Assembly (NCBI GenBank): GCA_041690595.1
Contig: JAWLHB010000055.1
Coordinates: 1 to 47,480, forward strand
DNA length: 47,480 nt
From: Lentisphaeria bacterium
GTDB taxonomy: Bacteria; Verrucomicrobiota; Lentisphaeria; JABSQK01; JAWLHB01
Direction of reading: 5' to 3'
A program made the position numbers and the translations under genes. This document shows, piece by piece, positions 25,391-34,823 of the stretch (position 1 is the first letter of the stretch; every line of letters begins with the position of its first letter). The notes under the pieces are model-generated. The model was given only the letters and a program-made list of their open reading frames with translations, did not search any database and was not told the DNA's origin.

Positions 25391-28300
25391 ATGAAGCGAA
25401 GGTGGCTGACGATGGCGGCGCTGGCGTGGCTCTGGACCCTGGGGGCGGCCGCGGAGCGGGTCGATGTCCTGGTCCTGAGCAACAAGCTGCGGGTCGACGA
25501 TCGGCTGGCGGAAGAGCTGGCGGCGGGGGATATTCATCTCACGCGCCGCGATCTGGCGGAGCCGCTCACCATGGAGATGCTGCGCCTCTTTCACGTGGTC
25601 TTTATCGGTGATGGCGCGGAGGGATACAGCACCTACATCCTGCCTGACTTCATGGTGAAGAGCCGTACGCAGGAGCGCAATCTGGCGCTGATCGACAGCT
25701 ACATTCGCGCCGGTGGAGGCTTTCTCTTCACCCCCGACCTGGGCGGGCAGATCGGTGCCGAGGCGCAGTCGCGCCTGCTGAAACCGTATGGCGCGACGGT
25801 ACTTCCGCTGCAGGTGCGGGACGATGCTCACCGTTACGTTCCGCAACCACCGCCCAAGCGTGACGCCGGTTACGCCTGGACGACCGCGATCACCGAGCAT
25901 CCCGCCACCCGCGGTGTCTCCCGCATCTTCTATCCGACTCCGCAGCACCGCTGGGACGATTTCTACTCCACCGCCGCCATGCGGCTTGAGGATCCTGCGT
26001 GGACGACGCTCGTGCGTGGCATGGAGAGCAGCACTGCCTCCCGCTGCATTCTGTACGAGGACTGGTCGGTGGTCGATGCCACGCCGCCTCCGATCGCCGC
26101 CGTTCGTCAACTCGATGGTGGCCGCATCGGCCTTCTCGCCATCATGTCGTACTATACGCTCTGGCATCCCTACTGGACGCCGGCGGATCATGACAAGTAC
26201 CAGAGCAAATGGGGGCGCGGTCAGATCGGCGAACGGACGACCGGCGACATCGACGGGATCTTCATGGAGAAGGGCGACGGCGTCCAATCCAGCCAGGGAC
26301 GCGAGCTGCTCGCGGGTATGTTCCGCTGGCTGGCCGAAGACGCACGGGCAGCCGGCATGGGCGGCTACACCCAGGCAACCTTCGCCGCCCTCGAGGCGCC
26401 CGAAGCTATCGTCGCTCCGGAGTGGCCCTTCAAGTGGAAGAGCGATCCGCCTCAGCGGAACTTCCGCCTGCTGGTGGGAGCGCGCAGCAGCTACAGCGAC
26501 GGCGAGGGCAGCCTGGAGGCGTATGCCGCGGCCGCCCGAGAAGCGGGCATCGACATCCTGATGATGACCGAGAGCTTCGCCTCCTTCGATCCGGCACGCT
26601 GGCAGGAGTACCATGCGGCCTGCCAGGCGGTGAGCGACGAGCGGCTGACCGTGATGCCGGGGCTCGATATCGAGGACAGCTATGGCGCGCGCTACCTGCT
26701 GCTCAACTCGCCCGTCTTTCCGCAGTCCTTCATGCTGTCGGCCGATGGCAAGGCACTTGAACAGGTGCACTACCTCTGCTTGTGCTTTCCGAAGGCGATC
26801 ACGGTGGCACATCGGGTCACCAGCAGCCCCATTCCTCACCAGTTGATCAAGCATTTTCAGGGGATATCCGTCTACACCTACAATGGAGAGCACGAGCTGG
26901 TGGACAACAGCCTGCCTGCCTGGGAATGGGAGATGTTCCGCTTCTCCAACCCCATGCTTTTCACCGTCCACGAGATAGCGTCGCCCGCTGCGGTGGCGGA
27001 AGCCGCGAGCAGCGGTCACCAGCTCTACGCCGCGGCTCCCACGCGGGAGGATCTGCTCTGGTATCTGGGGCAGCATGGCACGGCCCACTTCTGGCAGTCG
27101 CCCGTTCACCTGCAGGTGTCGTCGGGACCGCTGTTGAGCGCTTTCGGGAATCAGCCTTTCCTGCAACTGGAGAGCGAGCGCCCCCTTCGCGAGGTACGGC
27201 TTTACCAGAACTACGAACTGTATCGCCGCTGGCTTCCCGGGGGAGAGAATCGGTTCACGGTGGAGCGGGTGCGATTACCGGAGTCGCATGTCAACTGGGC
27301 TTATCTGACGGCGGTCGATGCCGAAGGTGGAACGCTGCTTTCGCCTGGGGTTCGTTTCGGGCGGCAGGTTGGCCACACGTGGCGCTGCGGTGATCGGCAG
27401 AACTGGTGGGTCTTTCCCAACATCTACACCGGCACCACCATTGCGGAGTTCGACATTCGGGTTCCGGTACCGGGCAGCGCGGAAGGCTCCGGCGGCACTC
27501 TGGGCTTCCCCAACTATCACGGCCCCCAGCGCGGCGACAACCTGGCGCCGCTGCTCGACTTCGTCTTCGCCTCGCCCGCGGTGTACATCCAGGACGTTCT
27601 GATGGATCAGCGGTATTACCATGCAATTGCTCAGGAAATCGTCTTCGACGCCAAGCCGGCCCACGCCACCACGCGGGGGCGCGTCTACCAGGCGCGCGTC
27701 CGCTATCACCAGTTCTTCGAGCCCGAGCTGCCGGCGTTGCCCATGCTCAAGGAGATCGAGCTGTCGTTGCGCCGTCCGATCGTGGTGGAGGATGCGATCT
27801 TTCCAGTGATCACGTCGCTGGACATGAAGAACCACCGCCTGCGCGGGGACATGAGCTATGCGTACACGGATCCGGCAAGCGGCGAGGCCGTCTCCGGCCA
27901 GTTGACCAAGGGCGTTGTCGATATTCCCGCTGGCGGCAGGATCGGGGGGGTGATCGTGGTCTCGGGCACCTTGCGGGTGGGAGCGAACAACCGCGTGGGC
28001 TTTCCGGCGCCAGCCGACCCCTTCACGACGTTGCCGGCGGGCGCCAGTTGGCGCGCCTCCGTGGTGACGGTGCCACCGGAGCAGGCGGAGAGGTGGCGAC
28101 ACTTGCTGGGGTACGCGGGAGCGGCACCCTACCGCCTAAGTGCCAGCCAGGGAGAGTTGCTCTCGTCGGGGCTGGTGGCCACCTGCAAGGCGGTGGATCA
28201 TGGGCTGGCCGGTTCGGTCGAAGAGGCGCTTCCCGCTTCGGCACTCGAGGGGCTGATCGCGGGCCATTCCGACGAAAAGGGCAGCCCCAACCTGCCGCTG

Positions 28301-28672
28301 CGGACGTATCGCCTGCCGCTCAAGATCTCGGGCATCAACAGCCACTGGCCGGCGGCGCTGTGGCGTCCGGAAGGGCTCTTCGAGGAGATCTCGGTTTTCG
28401 AGAATCACGGATGGGCACGGCTCGACATCGCTCGCCCCGGTGCCTTCTACGCCGGCAACACGTTGCTCGCCTCGGTACCTCATCTGCGCCTCGCCATCCT
28501 TTCCTGGACGGCCGATCGCCTGGTCTTTGAGGTCAACAATGCCAGCAGCGAGAGCGTAAACGCGGAGATCTGGACGGCGGCCGCGATTGCCGATCGCCTT
28601 CAGCTTCACCGGTCCCTTCAGCTGCCTGCCGGTACGTCCCGCATCGTGACCTGGACCGAGGCGACCGAGTAG
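25391..28672 (+). CDS. Large secreted hypothetical protein with a degenerate PHP-like (CehA/McbA-like) domain
   Basis: Signal peptide MKRRWLTMAALAWLWTLGAAA; N-terminal GATase-like segment (YIRAGGGFL, EHPATRGV); GARSSYSDG.GS...Y..AA.EAG.DIL..TE matches the PHP pattern but lacks its histidines. Confidence 0.7.
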   Translation: MKRRWLTMAALAWLWTLGAAAERVDVLVLSNKLRVDDRLAEELAAGDIHLTRRDLAEPLTMEMLRLFHVVFIGDGAEGYSTYILPDFMVKSRTQERNLALIDSYIRAGGGFLFTPDLGGQIGAEAQSRLLKPYGATVLPLQVRDDAHRYVPQPPPKRDAGYAWTTAITEHPATRGVSRIFYPTPQHRWDDFYSTAAMRLEDPAWTTLVRGMESSTASRCILYEDWSVVDATPPPIAAVRQLDGGRIGLLAIMSYYTLWHPYWTPADHDKYQSKWGRGQIGERTTGDIDGIFMEKGDGVQSSQGRELLAGMFRWLAEDARAAGMGGYTQATFAALEAPEAIVAPEWPFKWKSDPPQRNFRLLVGARSSYSDGEGSLEAYAAAAREAGIDILMMTESFASFDPARWQEYHAACQAVSDERLTVMPGLDIEDSYGARYLLLNSPVFPQSFMLSADGKALEQVHYLCLCFPKAITVAHRVTSSPIPHQLIKHFQGISVYTYNGEHELVDNSLPAWEWEMFRFSNPMLFTVHEIASPAAVAEAASSGHQLYAAAPTREDLLWYLGQHGTAHFWQSPVHLQVSSGPLLSAFGNQPFLQLESERPLREVRLYQNYELYRRWLPGGENRFTVERVRLPESHVNWAYLTAVDAEGGTLLSPGVRFGRQVGHTWRCGDRQNWWVFPNIYTGTTIAEFDIRVPVPGSAEGSGGTLGFPNYHGPQRGDNLAPLLDFVFASPAVYIQDVLMDQRYYHAIAQEIVFDAKPAHATTRGRVYQARVRYHQFFEPELPALPMLKEIELSLRRPIVVEDAIFPVITSLDMKNHRLRGDMSYAYTDPASGEAVSGQLTKGVVDIPAGGRIGGVIVVSGTLRVGANNRVGFPAPADPFTTLPAGASWRASVVTVPPEQAERWRHLLGYAGAAPYRLSASQGELLSSGLVATCKAVDHGLAGSVEEALPASALEGLIAGHSDEKGSPNLPLRTYRLPLKISGINSHWPAALWRPEGLFEEISVFENHGWARLDIARPGAFYAGNTLLASVPHLRLAILSWTADRLVFEVNNASSESVNAEIWTAAAIADRLQLHRSLQLPAGTSRIVTWTEATE

Positions 28673-28699
28673 AGACGAGATCCCTTTCAAGGAGCGACG

Positions 28700-31159
28700 A
28701 TGGCACGCAAGAACGATATCCCCAAGGATCTGGAGATCTGGGCTGGTGGCCCGCAAGGGCTGCGACTGCGCCGGCACCCCAGGCTGGACGAAGCCCTGAA
28801 GTATCTGGATGAGTTCCCCATGGTCATCCGCAAGCCGGTCGTCATCGACACTACCAGGTTGCCTTCAGGCGCGCGCCCGACGCTGGAGCTTGGTTCGGCG
28901 CCAGTTTTCGTGCGCAGTACCGTCGGGGAAGCCGCCTTTGTGCGGTTGGAGATCGACATCCCGCGCCTGGCCACGCGCCGCGTCGTGCAGTTCGCTCGTC
29001 TCTTCATTGCCGCCGGTGAGACGCTGCTGGAGGAGCATCTGGTGGTGAGGCCGGGGAAGCGCCAGGTCCTGATGCTGCCCTTTCCCGCATGGGAAACGGC
29101 GACGCTCTTCACGGTGAGCATGGAGCTGCGGGAGTGGGGGGAGGCGGGAAAGGTGAAAGCGGCCTTTCTGCTCAAGCCGGAGAAGCGGCTGACCTTTTAC
29201 TATGCCTTCCAGACGCACCTGGACCTGGGATGGACCGATCGGGTCGAGAAGGTGGTGGCATCGCTGAGAGAGATGACCCGCAAGACGGCGATCGACGTGT
29301 GCCGCCAGTTCATGGATCGGCCGGAGGGGGGGCGCTTTGTCTGGACGTGCGAGTGCAGTGATGCGCTGCGGCTGGCTTGGGAAGGGGCGGACGCAGGGGA
29401 GCGTGAATCCCTGCGCGAGATGGTGCGGCGGGGGTTGATTCAATCCTGTGCGCTGCCGTACAGCTTCCATACGGGGTTGATGAGCCGTGATCTGCTGGGC
29501 CGGGCTATCGCCCGCAGCTTCGCCCTGCGGCGGGAGATGGGGGTGGAGGACGAGCTGGATCTGAGCGTCGCGCAGAACAACGACGTGCCGGGCCACAGCT
29601 GGATTCTTCCGGATGTTCTGGGCGAAGCGGGCATTCATCGCGCCGTCATCGGGCACAACCACATGGTTCGCGGGTGCGCGTTGCCGCCTCTTTTTATCAT
29701 GCGTGGTCCGGGTGGGCATGAGGTGCTGACGCTTGCCTCCACCTGCGTCGACTATGGAACGGATCAGCGGATTCCCCAGCGACCGGAGGATCTGGCGGGC
29801 TTGTCGGCAAACAATGCCGAGGCATGGAGTCTGCCGGGGAGCGCCTGTCTGCACCGGATCGGGCATGGGGAAAACTGCGGCCCGGACGAGGCGCTGCGCG
29901 AGCTGGAGGCGATCGACTCCTGGAATCGCCTCCATGCGTGGCCGCGCCTCGTGATCGGCTCGCCGAAAGACTACTTCGACCATATCGAGGCGGAGATCGA
30001 CCGGTCGGCGCTGCCGGTTGTCGAGCGCGAGCTCAGCGACTGGTGGATCGACGGCCCGGCCAGTACGCCGCGCGCCATGGCGGCATATCGGAAGGCGATG
30101 ATCCTCCTGCCCGAGTTGGAGCGGCTGGTGCCGCCGGATGCCGCGGCGGATCGCGCCATGCTGGCGAGCATCGAGGAGAACCTCATCCTGCACGCGGAGC
30201 ACACCTTCGGCATGAATGCGCAACTGGTAAAGGTGAAGTCGGCGGAGCAGGAGTGGGCGTTGCGGGGACTGGAGAATTATGCCGGCTCCTGGGAGGACAA
30301 GGAGTCCTACGCCACGCGCGCCAGCCAGGCAGTCGACGCGCTCAGGACGACGTATGCGCTGCCGGCGAGTGCGGCCAACGGGGGACGCGACTGGAGCATT
30401 CAGTGGGACAATCTCGGGCTTTGCCTCCTGCGGGATCCGGATGGCGCCTGCTGGTACGATCGGGCGAAGGCCCCGGATTCGCTGCCTTTCGGATCGCTGG
30501 TGCAGCGGCTGTTGCCGACGGAGTTGGACGAATGGTTTCATCATGATCCGCCGGCCGCTCCGGCTCCGGGCGAGTACCCGATGTCGCTGGAGAGCGTGCG
30601 CGGCAATGCCAACGGGGTCACCTTCAGCGGCAAGCTGGCCTCACCGGCTGGTGCGATTGAGGCGGTCGAGGTCGAGATCGTCAACGATCCGGGGAGCGAG
30701 GATCTGCTGATTCACCTGAAGGTGAGCGGCAAAGAGGCGACGGCGCAGGCGGAGCTGCTGGCGCTGGCGTTGCCCTTCACCGTCGATCACCCCAGCTATG
30801 TCACCGACGTGGGCGGCGCGTTGCTGCGGGTCGACGATGATCAGCTGCCCGACGCCAATCGCGATGCGCATCCCACAATCGCGGGTTGGGTCATGACCGA
30901 TCGCGAGACAGGTTTCAGCCTTGCGGTCAGTTCGGCGGAGGTATCCCTCTGGCATTTTGGAAACTTGCGCTATTGTGACTGGAATCGCACGGCCGCGCCG
31001 CGCGGGGGAAGCGTCTATGGCCATCTGTTCAACAATGTGTGGAACACCAACTTTCGCTGCTGGCTGGCAGGCGATCTTGCCTGCACACTGCGGCTTCGCC
31101 GTACCAGCACGCCGCTGCAGAGCCTTCACGACATGACCATGTACTGGAGCCTTCGATGA
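28700..31159 (+). CDS. Glycoside hydrolase family 38-like (alpha-mannosidase fold) protein
   Basis: QTHLDLGW (GH38-type HxD), NDVPGHSW, EHTFG, D.W.DG..S and C-terminal NNVWNTNF. No signal peptide. Confidence 0.75.
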   Translation: MARKNDIPKDLEIWAGGPQGLRLRRHPRLDEALKYLDEFPMVIRKPVVIDTTRLPSGARPTLELGSAPVFVRSTVGEAAFVRLEIDIPRLATRRVVQFARLFIAAGETLLEEHLVVRPGKRQVLMLPFPAWETATLFTVSMELREWGEAGKVKAAFLLKPEKRLTFYYAFQTHLDLGWTDRVEKVVASLREMTRKTAIDVCRQFMDRPEGGRFVWTCECSDALRLAWEGADAGERESLREMVRRGLIQSCALPYSFHTGLMSRDLLGRAIARSFALRREMGVEDELDLSVAQNNDVPGHSWILPDVLGEAGIHRAVIGHNHMVRGCALPPLFIMRGPGGHEVLTLASTCVDYGTDQRIPQRPEDLAGLSANNAEAWSLPGSACLHRIGHGENCGPDEALRELEAIDSWNRLHAWPRLVIGSPKDYFDHIEAEIDRSALPVVERELSDWWIDGPASTPRAMAAYRKAMILLPELERLVPPDAAADRAMLASIEENLILHAEHTFGMNAQLVKVKSAEQEWALRGLENYAGSWEDKESYATRASQAVDALRTTYALPASAANGGRDWSIQWDNLGLCLLRDPDGACWYDRAKAPDSLPFGSLVQRLLPTELDEWFHHDPPAAPAPGEYPMSLESVRGNANGVTFSGKLASPAGAIEAVEVEIVNDPGSEDLLIHLKVSGKEATAQAELLALALPFTVDHPSYVTDVGGALLRVDDDQLPDANRDAHPTIAGWVMTDRETGFSLAVSSAEVSLWHFGNLRYCDWNRTAAPRGGSVYGHLFNNVWNTNFRCWLAGDLACTLRLRRTSTPLQSLHDMTMYWSLR

Positions 31160-33345
31160 ACGACGCGACACAGGTGCGACGACTGGATGTATCGGACGAG
31201 GTGAGCGTGGAACTGGTTGTCGATGGGGAGCGCTTGCTGGGGCTGGGAAGCGTCTGGGTGGGCGGGTTGGCGATACGCTCGAACGCCGCGCCGCTGCGGC
31301 CCGACTTCTCCACCCCGGATGCGATTCACTATCAGGATTTCCTGCTGCGTGAAACCGAGATGACCGAGGCGGGGATCGTCCTGCGCACGGTGGCGCTGGG
31401 GCGGCCGGAAGTGTACGGCGAAATGATGGATGAATACAGCTACAATCTGGCCGTGCCGCGTTTGCGGACGGAGCAGCGCGACCGGCTCGACTGGATCCTG
31501 AAGGCCGCGGAGCTGACCTTGGACGGGGAGCGCTATGTGGGGCTTTCGCTTAGCTTCCGCTTTCACAGCGAAGCGAACGAGATCCATCGCTTCACGACGG
31601 TGGCAACCTGGGAGATCGGCGGCAGCGCGGAAGGCAACACCATCTACCACCAGTCGTACACCTGTCCGCCCGTCTTCGAGGTGACGACGGCGAACCATTT
31701 CTCGACGACATGCCTGAAGCGGCTGGACCTGTGGGACAGCTGGCTGGGTCATTCCTACCAGATGCTGCCGCGCTGGGGGGCGATACAGCCCTTCGATTTT
31801 CTCGCCTCGGAGGATGGTGTGCTGCTGGGCTACTGGCCGACGCCTCATTCGGTGAAGAGCCTCGTCCAGACGAATGCCGGCGAACCCGTCATCTTCGTGC
31901 TGGACGAGTACAATTTCGCCCTGTCCAAGGAGGTGGAGATACCCGCCAAGCACCTGCTCTTCAGCCGTGGCGGGCGGGCAAGGCACGAGGTCGTCAACAT
32001 GTGGACCCGCGCCTGCGACCATACGTCGGCCGTGATCCGCGGTTTCTTCGGCATCGAGCCCAGTCTGCCGACGCCGGGTGGTGGGCCGGTTTACGCTGGC
32101 CGGAACAGCGTGCCACGCCACGAGCTGGCGAAGGGGCGGCAGGAGGATTGGCTTTGGAAGGTCGACAACGGCTCCTTCTACTTCAAGCTGGATGGGGAAT
32201 GGGTAGCGAGCCGCGACAAGCTCTACTGGCTGGCGGACCACAAGCTCCCGGAGTTGGCGGCGCGGGGCATCGAGCGGGTATGGTTCGAGCCGGTCCATGA
32301 AAGCGACTTCACGGAGGATGCCTTTGCGCATCATGCGGAGACCGGGTGGCATGGCGACCTGACCGTCTGCAGCATCTGCGGCAGTCGGCGCTATGTGCCG
32401 GCGGAGTTCTACGACGGCTGGCGTGGCTGGAACTACCTGGCGGATGCGGCACGCCGGCTGGGCCTGAAGCTCGGCCACTGGGTCGGGCTGCACCTGACGC
32501 CGCGTGCCCCGATCCTGCGCGATCACCCCGAGTACATCCTGCAACACGTCAACACCCTCGGCCACAGCGGCGGCTACAGCCACCTCTCGATCTGCTCGAT
32601 CAACTGGTGTTCGGGCGCCAAGCAATGGTTCCTGGATGACATGCGGCGCTGGCATGACGAAGGGGGGCTGGAGTGGCTCTTCTTCGACTCCTGGCCCAAC
32701 CTCGGCTGCAGCCCGCTCAACTATGGCGGGCGCATGGAGCCGATGCAGTGGGAGATGGGCGACTTGCTGGCGCGATTGCAGGAGATCGGTTACAACTGGT
32801 TCAGCTTTGAGGGAACCAGCCCCTTCGGCGTCCACCAATATGGCCTCTGGGATCCGATGCAGGAGTATGAGCGGCACACCTCCGGCGGCGTCATGGGACA
32901 GAACGACTTCGGCTGGTGGCTTGGCCATGAATACATGGGGTACAACCAGTGCCTGGGCCCGAAGGTCAACCGCGGTCGGGATCGGGCCCTCTTGCCGGAG
33001 ATCTCCTTCCGCTATGCGGCGAACCGTTCGCTCACCATGGTGCAGGAGAATCATGAAAGGCATTACCCGTACGTCAAGGGGCTCGATCGCACTTGCGCGC
33101 GGCTGCAGCCGCTGATGCAGAAGCGCTACCTGCTGCCCGATGACCAAGGCGTGCGCTGGGAGAGTCCGCGGGGACAGGCGCTCTTCGCTTACAAGCCGTT
33201 CGACTTCCCGGTGCCTGCCGGTTCCCGGGTTTATCGCGTGGAGGGCGGCGAGGAGACCGCCGTCAGTTGCGCCAATGAGAGTGTACATGCCACGCCGTTT
33301 TCGGCGTATCGAATCAACCCCCCAACGGAGAAAGAGACGGAATGA
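31156..33345 (+). CDS. Hypothetical protein, putative TIM-barrel glycosidase
   Basis: ATGA overlap with the upstream stop; Trp/Tyr-rich; LAD.A..LGLKLG.W and G..WLFFDSW resemble clan GH-D-type barrels. No family recognised with confidence. Confidence 0.65.
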   Translation: MNDATQVRRLDVSDEVSVELVVDGERLLGLGSVWVGGLAIRSNAAPLRPDFSTPDAIHYQDFLLRETEMTEAGIVLRTVALGRPEVYGEMMDEYSYNLAVPRLRTEQRDRLDWILKAAELTLDGERYVGLSLSFRFHSEANEIHRFTTVATWEIGGSAEGNTIYHQSYTCPPVFEVTTANHFSTTCLKRLDLWDSWLGHSYQMLPRWGAIQPFDFLASEDGVLLGYWPTPHSVKSLVQTNAGEPVIFVLDEYNFALSKEVEIPAKHLLFSRGGRARHEVVNMWTRACDHTSAVIRGFFGIEPSLPTPGGGPVYAGRNSVPRHELAKGRQEDWLWKVDNGSFYFKLDGEWVASRDKLYWLADHKLPELAARGIERVWFEPVHESDFTEDAFAHHAETGWHGDLTVCSICGSRRYVPAEFYDGWRGWNYLADAARRLGLKLGHWVGLHLTPRAPILRDHPEYILQHVNTLGHSGGYSHLSICSINWCSGAKQWFLDDMRRWHDEGGLEWLFFDSWPNLGCSPLNYGGRMEPMQWEMGDLLARLQEIGYNWFSFEGTSPFGVHQYGLWDPMQEYERHTSGGVMGQNDFGWWLGHEYMGYNQCLGPKVNRGRDRALLPEISFRYAANRSLTMVQENHERHYPYVKGLDRTCARLQPLMQKRYLLPDDQGVRWESPRGQALFAYKPFDFPVPAGSRVYRVEGGEETAVSCANESVHATPFSAYRINPPTEKETE

Positions 33346-34823
33346 AGGACAGCAGACTCAATTATGCGGGATTCGCCCTTGCGGTGAGCCTGTTGCTGGT
33401 GCTTCCGTCAGTTGCCATGAATCACAATCTCGCGGCCCCCTGGGGCGATGGGTGCTCGCCACCACAGACCCCGTATCTTGCCTTTCACAGTCCCCAGTCC
33501 GATAACCTCCTCTTCGTTGACGGCGAGAGCATCGAGGTGCGCTGCCAGGCCGGCCTGCGATCGGTGGCGTTGACCTGGACACTGCACCGCAACATGCTGC
33601 GCAAGTCTTTCCGCGAAGGCGTTGCCGAAGCGCTGCCCGGGAATCGTTTCATCATCCGTCTCGATACCGCTGGCCTCCATCCCGGGTTCTACGATCTGCG
33701 CGTGCAACTCGACACCGGGATCGTGAACTCGGAGCGGGACCGTCTCGCCAAACGTCCGGTAACCGGGGTCTGCACCTTCGGCTGGAAAGCCGATCAGTTG
33801 CCGATTGCCGATACGCGTCCCGCCGACTTCAGCGACTTCTGGGCGGAGGCGCGGGCGAAGCTGGCCCGGATTCCGCTCGATGCGAAGGAGGGAGAGCTGG
33901 AGAGCTTCGGGCCGGAAGAGATCGGCGAGTACAACCTGAAGTCGGCTTGCCTGCCGGCGGACTACGATCCACAGGGTCACAAGGTCGAGCGGGTGCTTTC
34001 GGGCAAGGTCGATTTTGCCGGTCCGGATGGTGGGCGGGTCTACGGCTGGCTGGCGAAGCCGGAGGGCGAGGGGCGCTTTCCGGCGATGCTGGTCTTGCCG
34101 GGGGCCGGATTTGCGGCGCGGCCGCGACCACTGGAGCATGCACGCCACGGCTACGTTGCGCTGGACATCCAGGTACACGGGCAGGAGGTGGATCTGGCGG
34201 AATATCCCAGGCTACCGGGGTACTATGACGAGCCGCAATATGAGCCTGCGTCGGCCTATTACTTCCACAACGTTCACCTGCGCTGCCTACAGGCAATCGA
34301 GTACCTGCTGTCGCGTCCCGACGTGGATCCGGAGCGCCTGGTGGTGGTGGGCGGCAGCCAGGGAGGGCGGCTCGGGATTGTGGTCGCGGGGCTGGATCCG
34401 CGGGTCAGGGCGGTGGTATCCTGCATCGCCAATTCGCCGAACCAGCCGCACCTGCGCTGGGTCTCCCGCTGCAACGGCTATGCGGAGTACGGAGATAAAA
34501 AGCCGGATCCCACCATTCCCCTGGATGACGGCATGGCGAGGAGCGGCGCTCCCGAGGTGAGCGAGGATGTCTCCAGTCGCTGCTTTGCCTACTACGACCC
34601 CATGAACTACGCGCCGGATATTGAGGGCGCGGTGCTGATGAACGCGGGCCTCACCGATTATGTCTCGCCTCCCTTCAGCATCTGGGCGGTTTACAACCGG
34701 TTGACGACGCCGAACCGGCAAATGGTCGCCATTGCCGGGCATGCGCACGACTGGTCGGCGGAGTTCGATCGCCTCGCCTGGCGCTGGCTGGATGAGCTTT
34801 TTGGCGAAGGGAAGGCACGATGA
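33342..34823 (+). CDS. Acetylxylan esterase / cephalosporin-C deacetylase family (CE7), secreted
   Basis: Signal peptide; PADFSDFW, YGWL.KP...G.FPA.L..PG.G, YL.SRP.VD.ERL.V.GGSQGG, YYD..N.A..I, GLTD..SPP, C-terminal His; ATGA overlap. Confidence 0.88.
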   Translation: MKDSRLNYAGFALAVSLLLVLPSVAMNHNLAAPWGDGCSPPQTPYLAFHSPQSDNLLFVDGESIEVRCQAGLRSVALTWTLHRNMLRKSFREGVAEALPGNRFIIRLDTAGLHPGFYDLRVQLDTGIVNSERDRLAKRPVTGVCTFGWKADQLPIADTRPADFSDFWAEARAKLARIPLDAKEGELESFGPEEIGEYNLKSACLPADYDPQGHKVERVLSGKVDFAGPDGGRVYGWLAKPEGEGRFPAMLVLPGAGFAARPRPLEHARHGYVALDIQVHGQEVDLAEYPRLPGYYDEPQYEPASAYYFHNVHLRCLQAIEYLLSRPDVDPERLVVVGGSQGGRLGIVVAGLDPRVRAVVSCIANSPNQPHLRWVSRCNGYAEYGDKKPDPTIPLDDGMARSGAPEVSEDVSSRCFAYYDPMNYAPDIEGAVLMNAGLTDYVSPPFSIWAVYNRLTTPNRQMVAIAGHAHDWSAEFDRLAWRWLDELFGEGKAR

